This document shows positions 39,237 through 48,823 of a DNA stretch of 64,000 nt, one piece after another. The notes under the pieces are model-generated. The model saw nothing but the letters and a program-made list of their open reading frames with translations. It ran no database searches and was not told the origin of the DNA. Position 1 is the stretch's first letter. Each line of letters starts with the position of its first letter. This DNA is from an uncultured candidate division Zixibacteria bacterium. GTDB taxonomy: Bacteria > Zixibacteria > MSB-5A5 > GN15 > FEB-12. Location of the stretch: contig OY760907.1 of the NCBI GenBank assembly GCA_963664195.1, positions 1,664,001 to 1,728,000 of the forward strand, in the 5' to 3' direction. The position numbers and the translations under genes are program-made.

Positions 39237-40554
39237 GGGCATGTAAGTATTTTTGTGTAAGCGGCCATGATGTATATTGGATTGAAGGAGGATACGCATG
39301 GCCAAGAAGCTCGACAATGCAGACAAGCTTATCGATGAAATGATCGCCGGGAAGACGCCCGAGGAGATAGTCGGCGAGGGCGGTCTTCTCGAAGCGCTTA
39401 CGAAACGCGTCTACGAACGCGCCCTCGAAGGCGAGATGACGCACCATCTGGGCTACCCCCCCAAAGCCCCCGAGGGCCGCAACAGCGGCAACTCCCGCAA
39501 CGGCAAGACCACCAAGACAGTTAAGACCGGGGCCGAGGATGTGAACTTAGCGATTCCCCGGGACCGCAACGGCCAGTTCGAGCCACAGCTGGTCAAAAAG
39601 CATCAGCGTCGCCTGCCGGGTTTCGACGACAAGGTACTGGCGCTGTATGCTCGTGGGCTTTCGACCCGTGATATCCAGGGTCATCTTGAGGAGATGTACG
39701 GATCGGCCGTGTCGCCGGCGTTGATATCGGCGGTGACGGACGCAGTTTTGGAGGAGGTGACGGCGTGGCAGAACCGTCCGTTGGAGCCGGTGTATCCGAT
39801 CGTGTACCTTGATGCCATCCACCTGAAGATGCGTCACAGCGGGCAGATCAAGAACCAGGCAGTGTATCTGGCTCTGGGGATCAACCGTGAGGGCGGCAAG
39901 GAGTTACTGGGGTTGTGGGTCGGCGAGCACGAGGGGGCCAAGTTCTGGTTGAACGTGCTGACCCAGTTGAAGAACCGTGGGGTGCAGGACATCCTGATTG
40001 CCTGTGTGGACGGTCTGAGCGGTTTCCCCGACGCGATCGAGGCGGCCTATCCGAAGGCGCAGGTGCAGTTGTGCATCGTGCACATGGTGCGCAACTCGCT
40101 GAAGTATGTCTCCTGGAAACAGCGCAAGGCGGTGGCCGCCGATCTCAAGAGTGTTTATTCGGCGCCCAACGTGGAGGCCGCCGAGGAGGCCCTGGCCGCG
40201 CTTGAGGCCCGGTATGAGGACAGCTTCCCGCAAATCGCGCGCTCGTGGCGATCCTGCTGGGTGAACATCATTCCGTTTTTTGACTATCCGCCGGCGATTC
40301 GGAAAGTTATCTATACGACTAATGCGATTGAATCGATGAACGCTCAGCTGCGGAAAGTTACGAGAAATCGCGGCTCGTTTCCGACCGCCGACTCGGTGAG
40401 GAAGGTGCTGTATTTGGCGATACAGAGAATCTCGATGAAGTGGAAACGACCGATCAAAGACTGGGTGGCGGCACTCAACCACTTCAGCATCATGTTTGAG
40501 GGAAGAATCTGACAACCGTGAAAAGGCTGCTTACACAAAATTCTGTACAGACCC
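39237..40554 (+). mobile_element. IS256-family insertion sequence, 1318 bp
   Basis: 30-bp imperfect terminal IRs (23/30 by hand); 8-bp target duplication GCCAAATT at 39229-39236 and 40555-40562. Confidence 0.95.
39298..40512 (+). CDS. IS256 (Mutator-type) DDE transposase
   Basis: IPRDR.G.FEP, YLDA, CVDGL.GF, QLCIVH, IYTTNAIES. Confidence 0.96.
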   Translation: MAKKLDNADKLIDEMIAGKTPEEIVGEGGLLEALTKRVYERALEGEMTHHLGYPPKAPEGRNSGNSRNGKTTKTVKTGAEDVNLAIPRDRNGQFEPQLVKKHQRRLPGFDDKVLALYARGLSTRDIQGHLEEMYGSAVSPALISAVTDAVLEEVTAWQNRPLEPVYPIVYLDAIHLKMRHSGQIKNQAVYLALGINREGGKELLGLWVGEHEGAKFWLNVLTQLKNRGVQDILIACVDGLSGFPDAIEAAYPKAQVQLCIVHMVRNSLKYVSWKQRKAVAADLKSVYSAPNVEAAEEALAALEARYEDSFPQIARSWRSCWVNIIPFFDYPPAIRKVIYTTNAIESMNAQLRKVTRNRGSFPTADSVRKVLYLAIQRISMKWKRPIKDWVAALNHFSIMFEGRI

Positions 40555-40790
40555 GCCAAATTTGCCGGAGGAGAGTGTCGACTGACCCACTCGAAAGTGC
40601 AGTTCACTTACATCGTAGTAATAACGTTGGCAGCACTCGCTTTCGTGTACTTCGCCTAGCTGATCTGACTTGCTGGCGCGCAGAAGCTAGCTAGCGGCTA
40701 CCAGCGCCGGGAATCTGAGTTCACTCTATCGTGATTTCTCGACTGTTGAACTGGTCGGCGGTAGTTCTTAGTATTCACTCTCCCACAACC

Positions 40791-40819
40791 TTGACACCCG
40801 TCGTTGAGGCCCGTACATT
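40791..40819 (+). promoter_or_regulatory. Sigma70-type promoter
   Basis: TTGACA-17-TACATT. Confidence 0.6.
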
Positions 40820-40876
40820 ACCCACGTGAGAACAGTCCCCGGCGGCACTCAAAGTCACGTGTATAAGACGGTAGAT

Positions 40877-42022
40877 ATGCGAATCATCCCGCTCATATTC
40901 GCTCTGTTGCTCACGCTCATGTTCGGCAGCGTCGCGCATGCGCAGGACTCCACCAAAACACCTGCCCTCCAAGACCTCTGGCGTCTCAGCGACAGCCTCG
41001 CACGGACCGGCAGCCAGGGGCAGGACACCCCCGAAGCCTCAACCTACATTTATGTCGAGGATTTCGAGGTCCGTCACGAAATCCTGATGCCGTTCTATGT
41101 CCTCGAAGATTGGGCCACGCTCAAATACAACAATGCCGACGCTATCGATACCCTCGAACAACTTGCTATGCGACGCCCCATTAAGGAGCTTTTCACCCGC
41201 CGCAATCCGGTCAATATCGACGGCCTCGCGGTGCGGCCGTTGCTCACCCAACTCGATTTCATCGCCCCGCGGTATCTTGATTCCCTTCGAGTTACCCCCC
41301 CGAGGGTGCCGGTAGATGCCGTGACTGCCTGGGTGGGTGTGATTCTGACCTACAGCACGAAGGGGACGCCGAACAGCGTCGAGATAACCTGGGACATGTT
41401 CAACGACCAAATGACCGCGGTCAAGTCGATTGTCTACGAGTACGAAAAGACCGGCGCGTTCCGCTTCACTCCCGATAGGGCGACCTATCGTTGGCAGAAT
41501 CCCGGGCGACCGAAGGTTCCGCCCCTCACCGAAGTTGCGCACCACAAAAAATCCTGGTGGAAGTTCGGCTCCGATCTGTCGGACAACGACGCCGAGGCGA
41601 TTTTCGAAACGTTGCTCAAGAATGTCTATCGCGCGTTTGATTACCGAACCGAAAGCGATGTCTACGACGCCCTCGCGCTTTCCGTTGGCGGTGAACTGCT
41701 GAGTGAGGTCTACCTGCAGGTGCACCGGAGTCTGGAGATGGCCGAGCAGGGGGGAGCAGTGTCGAGGATCAAAGATGTGACAATCCTTGAAGGCAACAGG
41801 CAAGAGGTCGATAAGCGGTTCGCCGATGCCGACCAAAGTTTCGGCTACAAGGCGAACTGGACGGTAGAAGGAACGGTTGAACATTGGGGACACATTCATG
41901 CGCGAACCAACGGCTACGAGGCTCTGTTCTCAATAGTCGTGGAGGACAAAGCATGGAAGATTGTCGACCTCCAGGTGCTGCATCAGGAACGGGTGAAATT
42001 CGAATCGACCGTGAGGGAGTAG
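40877..42022 (+). CDS. Exported protein of unknown function, first gene of ABC operon
   Basis: Signal peptide (AHA-Q); NVYRAFDYR.E..VYD.L and VEHWGHIH.RTN motifs. Confidence 0.75.
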   Translation: MRIIPLIFALLLTLMFGSVAHAQDSTKTPALQDLWRLSDSLARTGSQGQDTPEASTYIYVEDFEVRHEILMPFYVLEDWATLKYNNADAIDTLEQLAMRRPIKELFTRRNPVNIDGLAVRPLLTQLDFIAPRYLDSLRVTPPRVPVDAVTAWVGVILTYSTKGTPNSVEITWDMFNDQMTAVKSIVYEYEKTGAFRFTPDRATYRWQNPGRPKVPPLTEVAHHKKSWWKFGSDLSDNDAEAIFETLLKNVYRAFDYRTESDVYDALALSVGGELLSEVYLQVHRSLEMAEQGGAVSRIKDVTILEGNRQEVDKRFADADQSFGYKANWTVEGTVEHWGHIHARTNGYEALFSIVVEDKAWKIVDLQVLHQERVKFESTVRE

Positions 42023-42034
42023 TCGAACTATAGC

Positions 42035-42703
42035 ATGATTGCACTAACGAACATAGATTTCTGTTACGGTGAGAGCGATTTCCGTTTGCAAGTCGACAAG
42101 CTGGAAATCGCAGCCGGGACGAAAACCGCCATTGTCGGCCCCAGCGGCTCGGGCAAAACAACGCTGCTTCGGCTCATCGCCGGCATCAGTACCCCTGATG
42201 CAGGTGAGATCAAGGTTGGGGATGCCGTCGTCTCCGGCATGGACGATTCAGCCCGCCGCGATTTCCGCAGTTCTCAGATCGGTTTCGTGTTTCAAGAATT
42301 CGAGCTGATCGAATACCTCAACGTGCACGAGAACATTCTCCTCCCGTATTTAATCAATCGCTCCATGTCTCTTGAGCCGGCAGTCCGAAATCGGGCGAAT
42401 GAGTTGGCCGACTCGATGAGCCTCGGTGACAAATCAAAACGGTTCGTCGGGCAGTTGTCACAGGGGGAAAAACAGCGCGTCGCGATATGCCGGGCGTTGA
42501 TATCCAATCCGTCGCTGATTCTCGCCGATGAACCAACCGGCAATCTCGATCCGAAAAACAAAACGAAGATTGTCGACAGCCTGTTCAAATGCGCCGCCGA
42601 TACCAAAGCCACCTTGCTCATGGTCACCCACGATCATAGTCTGCTCGAAGGATTCGATCGCGTGATCGATTTTGAGCAACTGCGGGAAGAAGGTGTCGCA
42701 TGA
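42035..42703 (+). CDS. LolD/FtsE-type ABC ATPase
   Basis: GPSGSGKT, LSQGEKQR, ADEPTGNLD, VTHD. Confidence 0.94.
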   Translation: MIALTNIDFCYGESDFRLQVDKLEIAAGTKTAIVGPSGSGKTTLLRLIAGISTPDAGEIKVGDAVVSGMDDSARRDFRSSQIGFVFQEFELIEYLNVHENILLPYLINRSMSLEPAVRNRANELADSMSLGDKSKRFVGQLSQGEKQRVAICRALISNPSLILADEPTGNLDPKNKTKIVDSLFKCAADTKATLLMVTHDHSLLEGFDRVIDFEQLREEGVA

Positions 42704-43878
42704 TGCGGATTCTTCTGCTCGCCTGGCGGTACATCGCTTTCCACAAGGTTGTGACAGCAATCCTCCTGATCAGCATCACGGCCACATTGTACCTGCCGTT
42801 CACGGTGAGTATTCTCGTGGACCGTCTCGAAAGCCAACTTCTGGCGAGGGCGGAAACGACACCGCTGATAGTAGGCGCAAAAGGGAGTCGGTTTGATCTT
42901 ACTCTGAACGCACTCTATTTCGAGGCCAACGCGCCCCACACGATTGCGATGAGGGAGAGCCACAAGATTGCAGAGAGCGGGCTGGCGACACCGATTCCGA
43001 TGCACGTCCGGTTCAGTGCCCGCGGATTTCCAGTGGTGGGAACAACGCTTGAGTATTTCGACTTCCGGAATCTAACCATCGCCGCTGGCGACCATCTTGG
43101 TGTGCTCGGCGACTGTGTGATCGGGGCTGATGTTGCCGAGGCGCTTGATCTCAAACCGGGTGACCGGATCATGTCCGACCCGGAAAACGTTTTCGATATC
43201 GGGGGAAGCTACCCGTTGAATATGAAAGTCGTCGGTATTTTGGCGCGTTCACAGTCACCGGATGACAACGTGGTGTTTGTCGATGTTCGCACGGCGTGGA
43301 TTATCGAGGGGATAGGCCACGGTCACCAGAAACTGACGGCTGCAACCGACAGCTCGGTCGTATTGAAGCAGAGCGATTCGCAGGTTGTTGCCAACGCCGC
43401 GTTGCCGCAGTACACTGAAATCAACGCGGACAACCTGGCCTCGTTTCATTTCCACGCCGACCCGGAAGAGTTACCGCTTACGAGCGTTATCGTTCTTCCG
43501 AATGACAAGAAATCTCGGACGCTGCTGGAAGGTCGGTACGAGAACGATGACGCCACCGCCCAGATACTCCGACCAATTCGGATTGTCGACGAAATGATGG
43601 CGATGGTATTCAAGATTAAGCGGATATTCGATGCCGCAATGGTTGTCATCGCTGTGGCCACCGCGCTTTTCCTGATTCTGGTATTACTTTTGTCATTTCG
43701 CTTGCGAGAAAATGAGATGCTTACCATGTTCAAACTTGGTTGCAGCCGTATGACTATTTTTTGGCTGCAGACCGCAGAAGTGGTGGTGATAGTTACGGTG
43801 AGCGCTCTGCTTGCCGGGGCGCTGACGATGATCACACTGCCGTTAGCAACAGATATTATCAAGGGGATTGTCACATGA
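42700..43878 (+). CDS. MacB/FtsX-type ABC permease
   Basis: One N-terminal TM, large periplasmic domain with GHGHQ and FHFH, C-terminal TMs. Confidence 0.85.
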   Translation: MMRILLLAWRYIAFHKVVTAILLISITATLYLPFTVSILVDRLESQLLARAETTPLIVGAKGSRFDLTLNALYFEANAPHTIAMRESHKIAESGLATPIPMHVRFSARGFPVVGTTLEYFDFRNLTIAAGDHLGVLGDCVIGADVAEALDLKPGDRIMSDPENVFDIGGSYPLNMKVVGILARSQSPDDNVVFVDVRTAWIIEGIGHGHQKLTAATDSSVVLKQSDSQVVANAALPQYTEINADNLASFHFHADPEELPLTSVIVLPNDKKSRTLLEGRYENDDATAQILRPIRIVDEMMAMVFKIKRIFDAAMVVIAVATALFLILVLLLSFRLRENEMLTMFKLGCSRMTIFWLQTAEVVVIVTVSALLAGALTMITLPLATDIIKGIVT

Positions 43879-44831
43879 GCAAACAAAAGTCAATCTGGAG
43901 CGACTTGTCGCTCGTCGCATTATTGGGACTACTTGCCGTTGCTGCGTTGACGGTCGTGTCGTGTGGAACGAAAGAAACCGACAGTGCCGACAAGCCGCAG
44001 GAGCAAACAGCGAAGCTGTCTGTCTATGTGGTCAACTATCCGGTCATGTATTTTGCGGAGCGAATCGGTGGAGACAAGATCGACGTGCATCTTCCTGCTC
44101 CCGCCGACGAGGACCCGGCGTTCTGGATGCCTTCTCCCGAGGTCATCAAGGAGTATCAGGATGCGGATGTTATTTTCCTGAACGGAGCAACCTACGCCAA
44201 ATGGACCGACAAGGTATCTCTGCCGGAATCGAAACTGGTCAACACGTCGGAGTCGTTCAGAGACAGCTACCTGTTGATGCCGTTTACGGTGAAGCACTCG
44301 CACGGTCCGGGCGGCGAGCACGCACATACAGGGACCGATTTCAACACCTGGATGAACCCGCTGCATGCGGTCGAGCAGGCCCGCGCGATTAAGACAAAGC
44401 TACAGCGCCTGTTGCCTGCCGACAGCGCTCTGTTCGAGACCAACTTTGCCTCTTTGGAGGCCGACCTTATCGCACTGGACCAAGCGTTTACAGCAGTTAC
44501 TGCCGGCAAGGGAAAGACGCCGTTGTTTGCCTCACACCCGGTTTACGGTTATTTCGCTGAGAAATACGGCCTGAATCTGAAGTGCCGACTGTGGGAACCG
44601 GAAGAGATGCCTGGCGTTCAGCAGTGGAAGGACTTCGATCAGGAACTTGGCCACCACGCTGCAAAATGGATGATCTGGGAAGGGGATCCGACTCCCGCTA
44701 TTGCGGCAAAATTGAAAGAGAGCGGCATTGCCTGCGCAGTGTTCTATCCGTGTGGCAACAGACCAGATACGGGAGATTATCTCTCGGTGATGAAAGAGAA
44801 CGTGGAACGTTTGCGCCCTGTGTTTAAGTAG
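43875..44831 (+). CDS. ZnuA/TroA-like metal-binding lipoprotein
   Basis: Lipobox VVSC; VVNYP; HSHGPGGEHAH loop; TWMNP; SHPVY.Y. Confidence 0.88.
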   Translation: MSKQKSIWSDLSLVALLGLLAVAALTVVSCGTKETDSADKPQEQTAKLSVYVVNYPVMYFAERIGGDKIDVHLPAPADEDPAFWMPSPEVIKEYQDADVIFLNGATYAKWTDKVSLPESKLVNTSESFRDSYLLMPFTVKHSHGPGGEHAHTGTDFNTWMNPLHAVEQARAIKTKLQRLLPADSALFETNFASLEADLIALDQAFTAVTAGKGKTPLFASHPVYGYFAEKYGLNLKCRLWEPEEMPGVQQWKDFDQELGHHAAKWMIWEGDPTPAIAAKLKESGIACAVFYPCGNRPDTGDYLSVMKENVERLRPVFK

Positions 44832-44861
44832 GAGCGCAGTATCCACAGGGACGTATAAGAG

Positions 44862-45587
44862 TTGATGAAGACTCGTAAGATATACAAGCAGATCAGGGAG
44901 GCAGTCTTCTGCCTCCTGTTCTGTTTCGGACTGCTGTGTTCTGCGGCGGCTCAATCGGCGTATGCCCATGATACCCGGATGATGGATATTTTCGGCATGG
45001 GGCAGGCCCCCAGTGACGAGGACGTTCTTATGTACCGGGGGAATGTCTACGCTCGCACCGGTATGTACGAACGTGCGGTCGAAGAGTATGGGAAAGTCAT
45101 CGCCCTTGACTCGCTAAACGTGCTGGCGCACATAAATCGCGCTATAACACTCATGGACCTGGCCCGATTCCGGGAAGCCCTGGCCGACATGCACTCCGCC
45201 GAGCGCCTGGAGCCGGACAACTACGAGGTGTATATCAATCGCGCTCTGGTTTACGCGGCGCTCGAGAAGTTGGATTCGGCCGTCCTCGACTGCGATCGCG
45301 CTCTGGAGATCAACGGTGACGCCGCCGAGGCGTATGCCAATCGCGGGAATTACCTCGCCCGTCTCGGTGAGTTCGACGAGGGGTTAGCCGATTGTGAACA
45401 TGCCATCGCTATCGATTCCACCTATGCTCAGGCCTGGTTGGGCTCTACTCTGATTTATCTGGAACTTTCGGATTTCGACAGGGCCAAGGCCTCCTTCCGA
45501 ACGCTGCTCAGATATGAGACGGCTGACATGAAAGGCATCGTCGGGCAGCTTCATCTTCTGATCGACACCTCGCAAGCAGCGAACTAA
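44862..45587 (+). CDS. Exported TPR protein
   Basis: Signal peptide; repeated Y.NRG/NRA TPR units. Confidence 0.85.
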   Translation: MMKTRKIYKQIREAVFCLLFCFGLLCSAAAQSAYAHDTRMMDIFGMGQAPSDEDVLMYRGNVYARTGMYERAVEEYGKVIALDSLNVLAHINRAITLMDLARFREALADMHSAERLEPDNYEVYINRALVYAALEKLDSAVLDCDRALEINGDAAEAYANRGNYLARLGEFDEGLADCEHAIAIDSTYAQAWLGSTLIYLELSDFDRAKASFRTLLRYETADMKGIVGQLHLLIDTSQAAN

Positions 45588-45664
45588 TCTCCGGTGGCAC
45601 CGATGCCATAGTATTCCACCCTGCCGCGACCCACGTCGGCGGACCACCGTTTTTGGTGGGATAA

Positions 45665-45760
45665 GACGCCTCTCCGGACAATCTCGTAACGATGGGCGAC
45701 CTGATGACTCTCATAGACCATCTATTTATCTCACTTGCTCCTCTCTCGGCCTGTCCGTAG
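45665..45760 (+). pseudogene. Orphan dockerin-like tail relic
   Basis: DASPDNLVTMGDLMTLIDHLFISLAPLSACP*, preceded in frame by TAA; matches the tail of 781-3345. Confidence 0.75.
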
Positions 45761-45960
45761 TGTCTCTGTCGACCTGTGCTACAGGTGGGTGCGTCGCGCC
45801 TGCGGCGCACTCATCTATATCAGAGCTTACCCACGGGTTGATACAGGTCCGTACATACCTGACTCCAGGCAGGTGATCCGGTGGGTGGCAGATATGTCGT
45901 TCCTGGTTGACGTTCCGTGATCGACCGTACTGCTCAAATCCTTCGCAGAAGCCCCCAAAC

Positions 45961-45989
45961 TTGACATGCCGACTGCAATTCCCTAGATT
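45961..45989 (+). promoter_or_regulatory. Sigma70-type promoter
   Basis: TTGACA-17-TAGATT. Confidence 0.6.
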
Positions 45990-46030
45990 GCAGACTCTCC
46001 AGTCCCCAAAAAGTGAAAGCAGGTCATCGC

Positions 46031-46768
46031 ATGGCATCTGATAACAGTTCCCGCACCGTTGCGGCGCTGGGCGTATCAGTCGGCATATTCCTGATCGCAG
46101 TGGTGATTCCGAAACTTGTCTTCTCGACGGCCGTTCCCGCTATCGGGACCACGCAGGCTCTGGAGCTTCTGCTGTCACTCCTGGCCATTGCCCTGCTCGG
46201 TAAGGCGAGGTTTGCCGAGTACGGTTTCTGCCGACCGCAATGGAACCGTGAGTCTCAAGATGGCAGCTCCCGCTGGTTATTGATCTTTCTAACCGCGCCT
46301 GTGATGGGAATAGTGGCGACGGTTGCGATCCTTGGATTCGGCGGCAACGGCAATCCTGTAGTCAAACAGCTTTCGTTTCCACAGATCATCCTGTTTGTCT
46401 GGGTGTTTTCGAGCACTATTGAAGAAGTATTCACACGCGGGTTTCTCCAGGGACACCTTTCGGGGCTATCCGGCAAGTACGTGAAACTGTTCGGTTTCCG
46501 CATTCAAGTGCCGGTTCTTGTCAGCGCTCTGTTTTTCGCCTGCATGCACTTGATTCTGCCGTTTGTCGGGGCCGATGCTACTACCACCGTAATCGTCTTT
46601 TTGTTCACCCTGTCAATCGGACTCATGGCAGGGCACTTCCGCGCCAGAACGGGCAGCTTGATCCCGGCGATTGCCGTGCACATGCTGGCGAATGTGGGCG
46701 GAATGATCGGCGGCATCATGTATGGTATCATCAATTTCGCAGTTACTGGAAATTTGCCGGGGCAGTGA
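46031..46768 (+). CDS. CPBP (CAAX/Abi) intramembrane glutamic protease
   Basis: EEVFTRG, FACMH, AVHMLAN. Confidence 0.9.
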   Translation: MASDNSSRTVAALGVSVGIFLIAVVIPKLVFSTAVPAIGTTQALELLLSLLAIALLGKARFAEYGFCRPQWNRESQDGSSRWLLIFLTAPVMGIVATVAILGFGGNGNPVVKQLSFPQIILFVWVFSSTIEEVFTRGFLQGHLSGLSGKYVKLFGFRIQVPVLVSALFFACMHLILPFVGADATTTVIVFLFTLSIGLMAGHFRARTGSLIPAIAVHMLANVGGMIGGIMYGIINFAVTGNLPGQ

Positions 46769-46909
46769 GACTTCTTAAGCCGATGCGAACCGGGGAACAG
46801 AGTCGAGCTTTGTTGTTGCCAGCCGGAACCGAAAAGTGCTGATTCCATATAATAGGAAACATGGTCCTGTCTGGCTCCGAAGGGGAGAGATCGCGGCCAG
46901 ATAGGAATA

Positions 46910-46971
46910 GTAGGTCGAAACGCTTGCGATTTCGACAAAGGATCGTCAGAACCGCTGGGGTTCTGACCTAC
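46910..46971. repeat. GTAG-foot inverted REP doublet (second REP family)
   Basis: GTAG-GTCGAAA..TTTCGAC, 8 nt, GTCAGAACC..GGTTCTGAC-CTAC. Confidence 0.65.
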
Positions 46972-46991
46972 AACCAGGGGATAGTCCGCAC

Positions 46992-48809
46992 ATGAGCAAG
47001 AAATCTCGGTTTCCGTCGTTTCAGGAACTTCTCGATGGTGCCGGTACCGGTGCCGCACGATTTCCATTTGCGCTATTGAGCGCCCTGCTGGGCACAATTG
47101 CGGCGATCAACTCTGTCAATGCGGAGTACGGTGCCGCATCCGACAACTCGGAGAAGCTCATGATGATAGCCGGGCTGGGGTTGCCGCTGTTCATCGCTCT
47201 TGTAGTGTTCGCGGAAAAACGGGAATGGAAACTGCCGGTAGCGCTGGGACTTCAGTTGGCCGGCGCGGTCTTGCTGGGAGCCTATTACTTCTCGCTGCCG
47301 GACGATCTTTCCGCGCCGCTCATTCATCCCGTGCGATTTCTCCTGCTCGGGGTCGGTCTGCATTTTCTCGTGGCCTTTCTGCCGTGGCTTGGAAAAGGCC
47401 AGCAGGAAGGGTTCTGGCAGTACAACAAGAGTCTGTTCCTGCGCTTTCTTCTGTCGGCATTGTATTCGGCGGTGACCTTCCTTGGACTGACCGCCGCCGT
47501 AGCTGCCGCAGACTACTTATTTGGGATGGATGTCAATTCCGACACCTACAGTCATCTCTGGTTTGTCTGCGCGATTCTACTGAATACTTGGATTTTCATT
47601 TCCGGTATCCCGCGAGACCTCGCGGGGTTGAACAAATCGGTCTCCTATCCGGTCGGGCTGAAATACTTCGCACAGTATCTCCTCCTGCCGTTGTGCGGAC
47701 TCTATTTCCTGATCCTGATTGCCTACGAGGCCAAGATTCTCGTCACCTGGAACCTGCCGCGCGGCTGGGTCTCGCAATTGGTCCTATGGTTTTCTGTAGT
47801 TGGCATCATGTGCCAGTTGCTGCTGCACCCCATGAGGCTCATAGAGGGCAGTCGATGGATTCAGAAATTCACGAAATGGTTCTATCGCCTGTTGATTCCG
47901 TTGGTCGGAATGCTATTTCTGGCGATCATTACGCGTATATCTGATTACGGTTTTACGGTCAATCGGTATTTCGTTGTTGTTCTCGCAATCGGCCTGACGG
48001 TAGTCATGCTGTATTTCGTTTTTAGCAAAGCCCGAGATATCAGGATCATTCCGATTGTCCTCTGTATCATTGCCTTTGTGTCTTCATTTGGACCGTGGAG
48101 TGCATTTTCAGTCTCGCAATCAGTGCAGCAGAATCGCCTCAACGATCTGTTGGTTGCGAATGAAATCCTGCACGAGGGCAAGATCATCGACCCTGAAACC
48201 GAGCCGTCGTTTGAATCAAGAAAAGAGATGAGCAACGTGATCGGATACTTGAACGAGTGGTACGGAGTCGATGCGTTTGATCGCTGGTTTGATGACAGTA
48301 CGCTGGCGGCGTGGGATACGGTAGCCTCTTACACCCGGGCTGGATCGGTTGCGGAGAAATTCGGTTTTGCCTTTGTGACGAAGTGGCAGAAGGAGGACAA
48401 GCGCGGCGCGTTTCTGCTGACCATAAACAGTGCGCGATCACTTGATGTCCGGGGTTACGATTTCATGCTCAAGGTCGGCAGTGGGGCGGAAACCGACGTA
48501 ATGCCGTACTTCCTTACTGACAGGAGTGCTGTCAGAGTAAGACTTGATACAACAACCATCGTGCTCGAAGTGAATCTCGGCGAGGAATACGACCCGGAGA
48601 CTGCGGCACGGCTTTCGTTGTCCGGCGATCTTGCCGCGTTGTGCGCGTCCTCGGAGCACGACACTCTCGAGCCGGATCAACTGTCGTTCACGTTGTCGAG
48701 CAACGAGTTCGACGCGCGGATAGTCTTTGATCGAATCTCTGGCAACTTCGCAGACGATACCGTACATATCGACAACTGGTCCGGCAAGCTGTTGCTGAGA
48801 CTGAAGTGA
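46992..48809 (+). CDS. DUF4153-like polytopic membrane protein
   Basis: RFP N-terminus, FWQYN, W.LP.G.VS, RISDYGFTVNRY, GPWSAFSVS..Q. Confidence 0.8.
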   Translation: MSKKSRFPSFQELLDGAGTGAARFPFALLSALLGTIAAINSVNAEYGAASDNSEKLMMIAGLGLPLFIALVVFAEKREWKLPVALGLQLAGAVLLGAYYFSLPDDLSAPLIHPVRFLLLGVGLHFLVAFLPWLGKGQQEGFWQYNKSLFLRFLLSALYSAVTFLGLTAAVAAADYLFGMDVNSDTYSHLWFVCAILLNTWIFISGIPRDLAGLNKSVSYPVGLKYFAQYLLLPLCGLYFLILIAYEAKILVTWNLPRGWVSQLVLWFSVVGIMCQLLLHPMRLIEGSRWIQKFTKWFYRLLIPLVGMLFLAIITRISDYGFTVNRYFVVVLAIGLTVVMLYFVFSKARDIRIIPIVLCIIAFVSSFGPWSAFSVSQSVQQNRLNDLLVANEILHEGKIIDPETEPSFESRKEMSNVIGYLNEWYGVDAFDRWFDDSTLAAWDTVASYTRAGSVAEKFGFAFVTKWQKEDKRGAFLLTINSARSLDVRGYDFMLKVGSGAETDVMPYFLTDRSAVRVRLDTTTIVLEVNLGEEYDPETAARLSLSGDLAALCASSEHDTLEPDQLSFTLSSNEFDARIVFDRISGNFADDTVHIDNWSGKLLLRLK

Positions 48810-48823
48810 GGGGAGAGAGTAGA

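Larger units (their letters stand above)
38833..40659 (+). pseudogene. 166-aa 3-TM membrane protein split by IS256
   Basis: Joining 38833-39236 to 40563-40659 restores ...YAKFAGGECRLTHSKVQFTYIVVITLAALAFVYFA*. Confidence 0.85.

Noticed and set aside
40655..40790. Integron attC site after the membrane gene
   Set aside because: No complementary RYYYAAC/GTTRRRY pair and no integrase in the window
6069..41899. Long antisense or overlapping ORFs (e.g. 6069-6866, 23775-24650, 33969-34745, 41039-41899)
   Set aside because: Shadows of well-supported genes in GC-rich DNA with no motifs of their own
45665..45760. DGR template repeat for the dockerin-like tail
   Set aside because: Differences from the gene copy are mostly synonymous and not adenine-specific; no reverse transcriptase in the window
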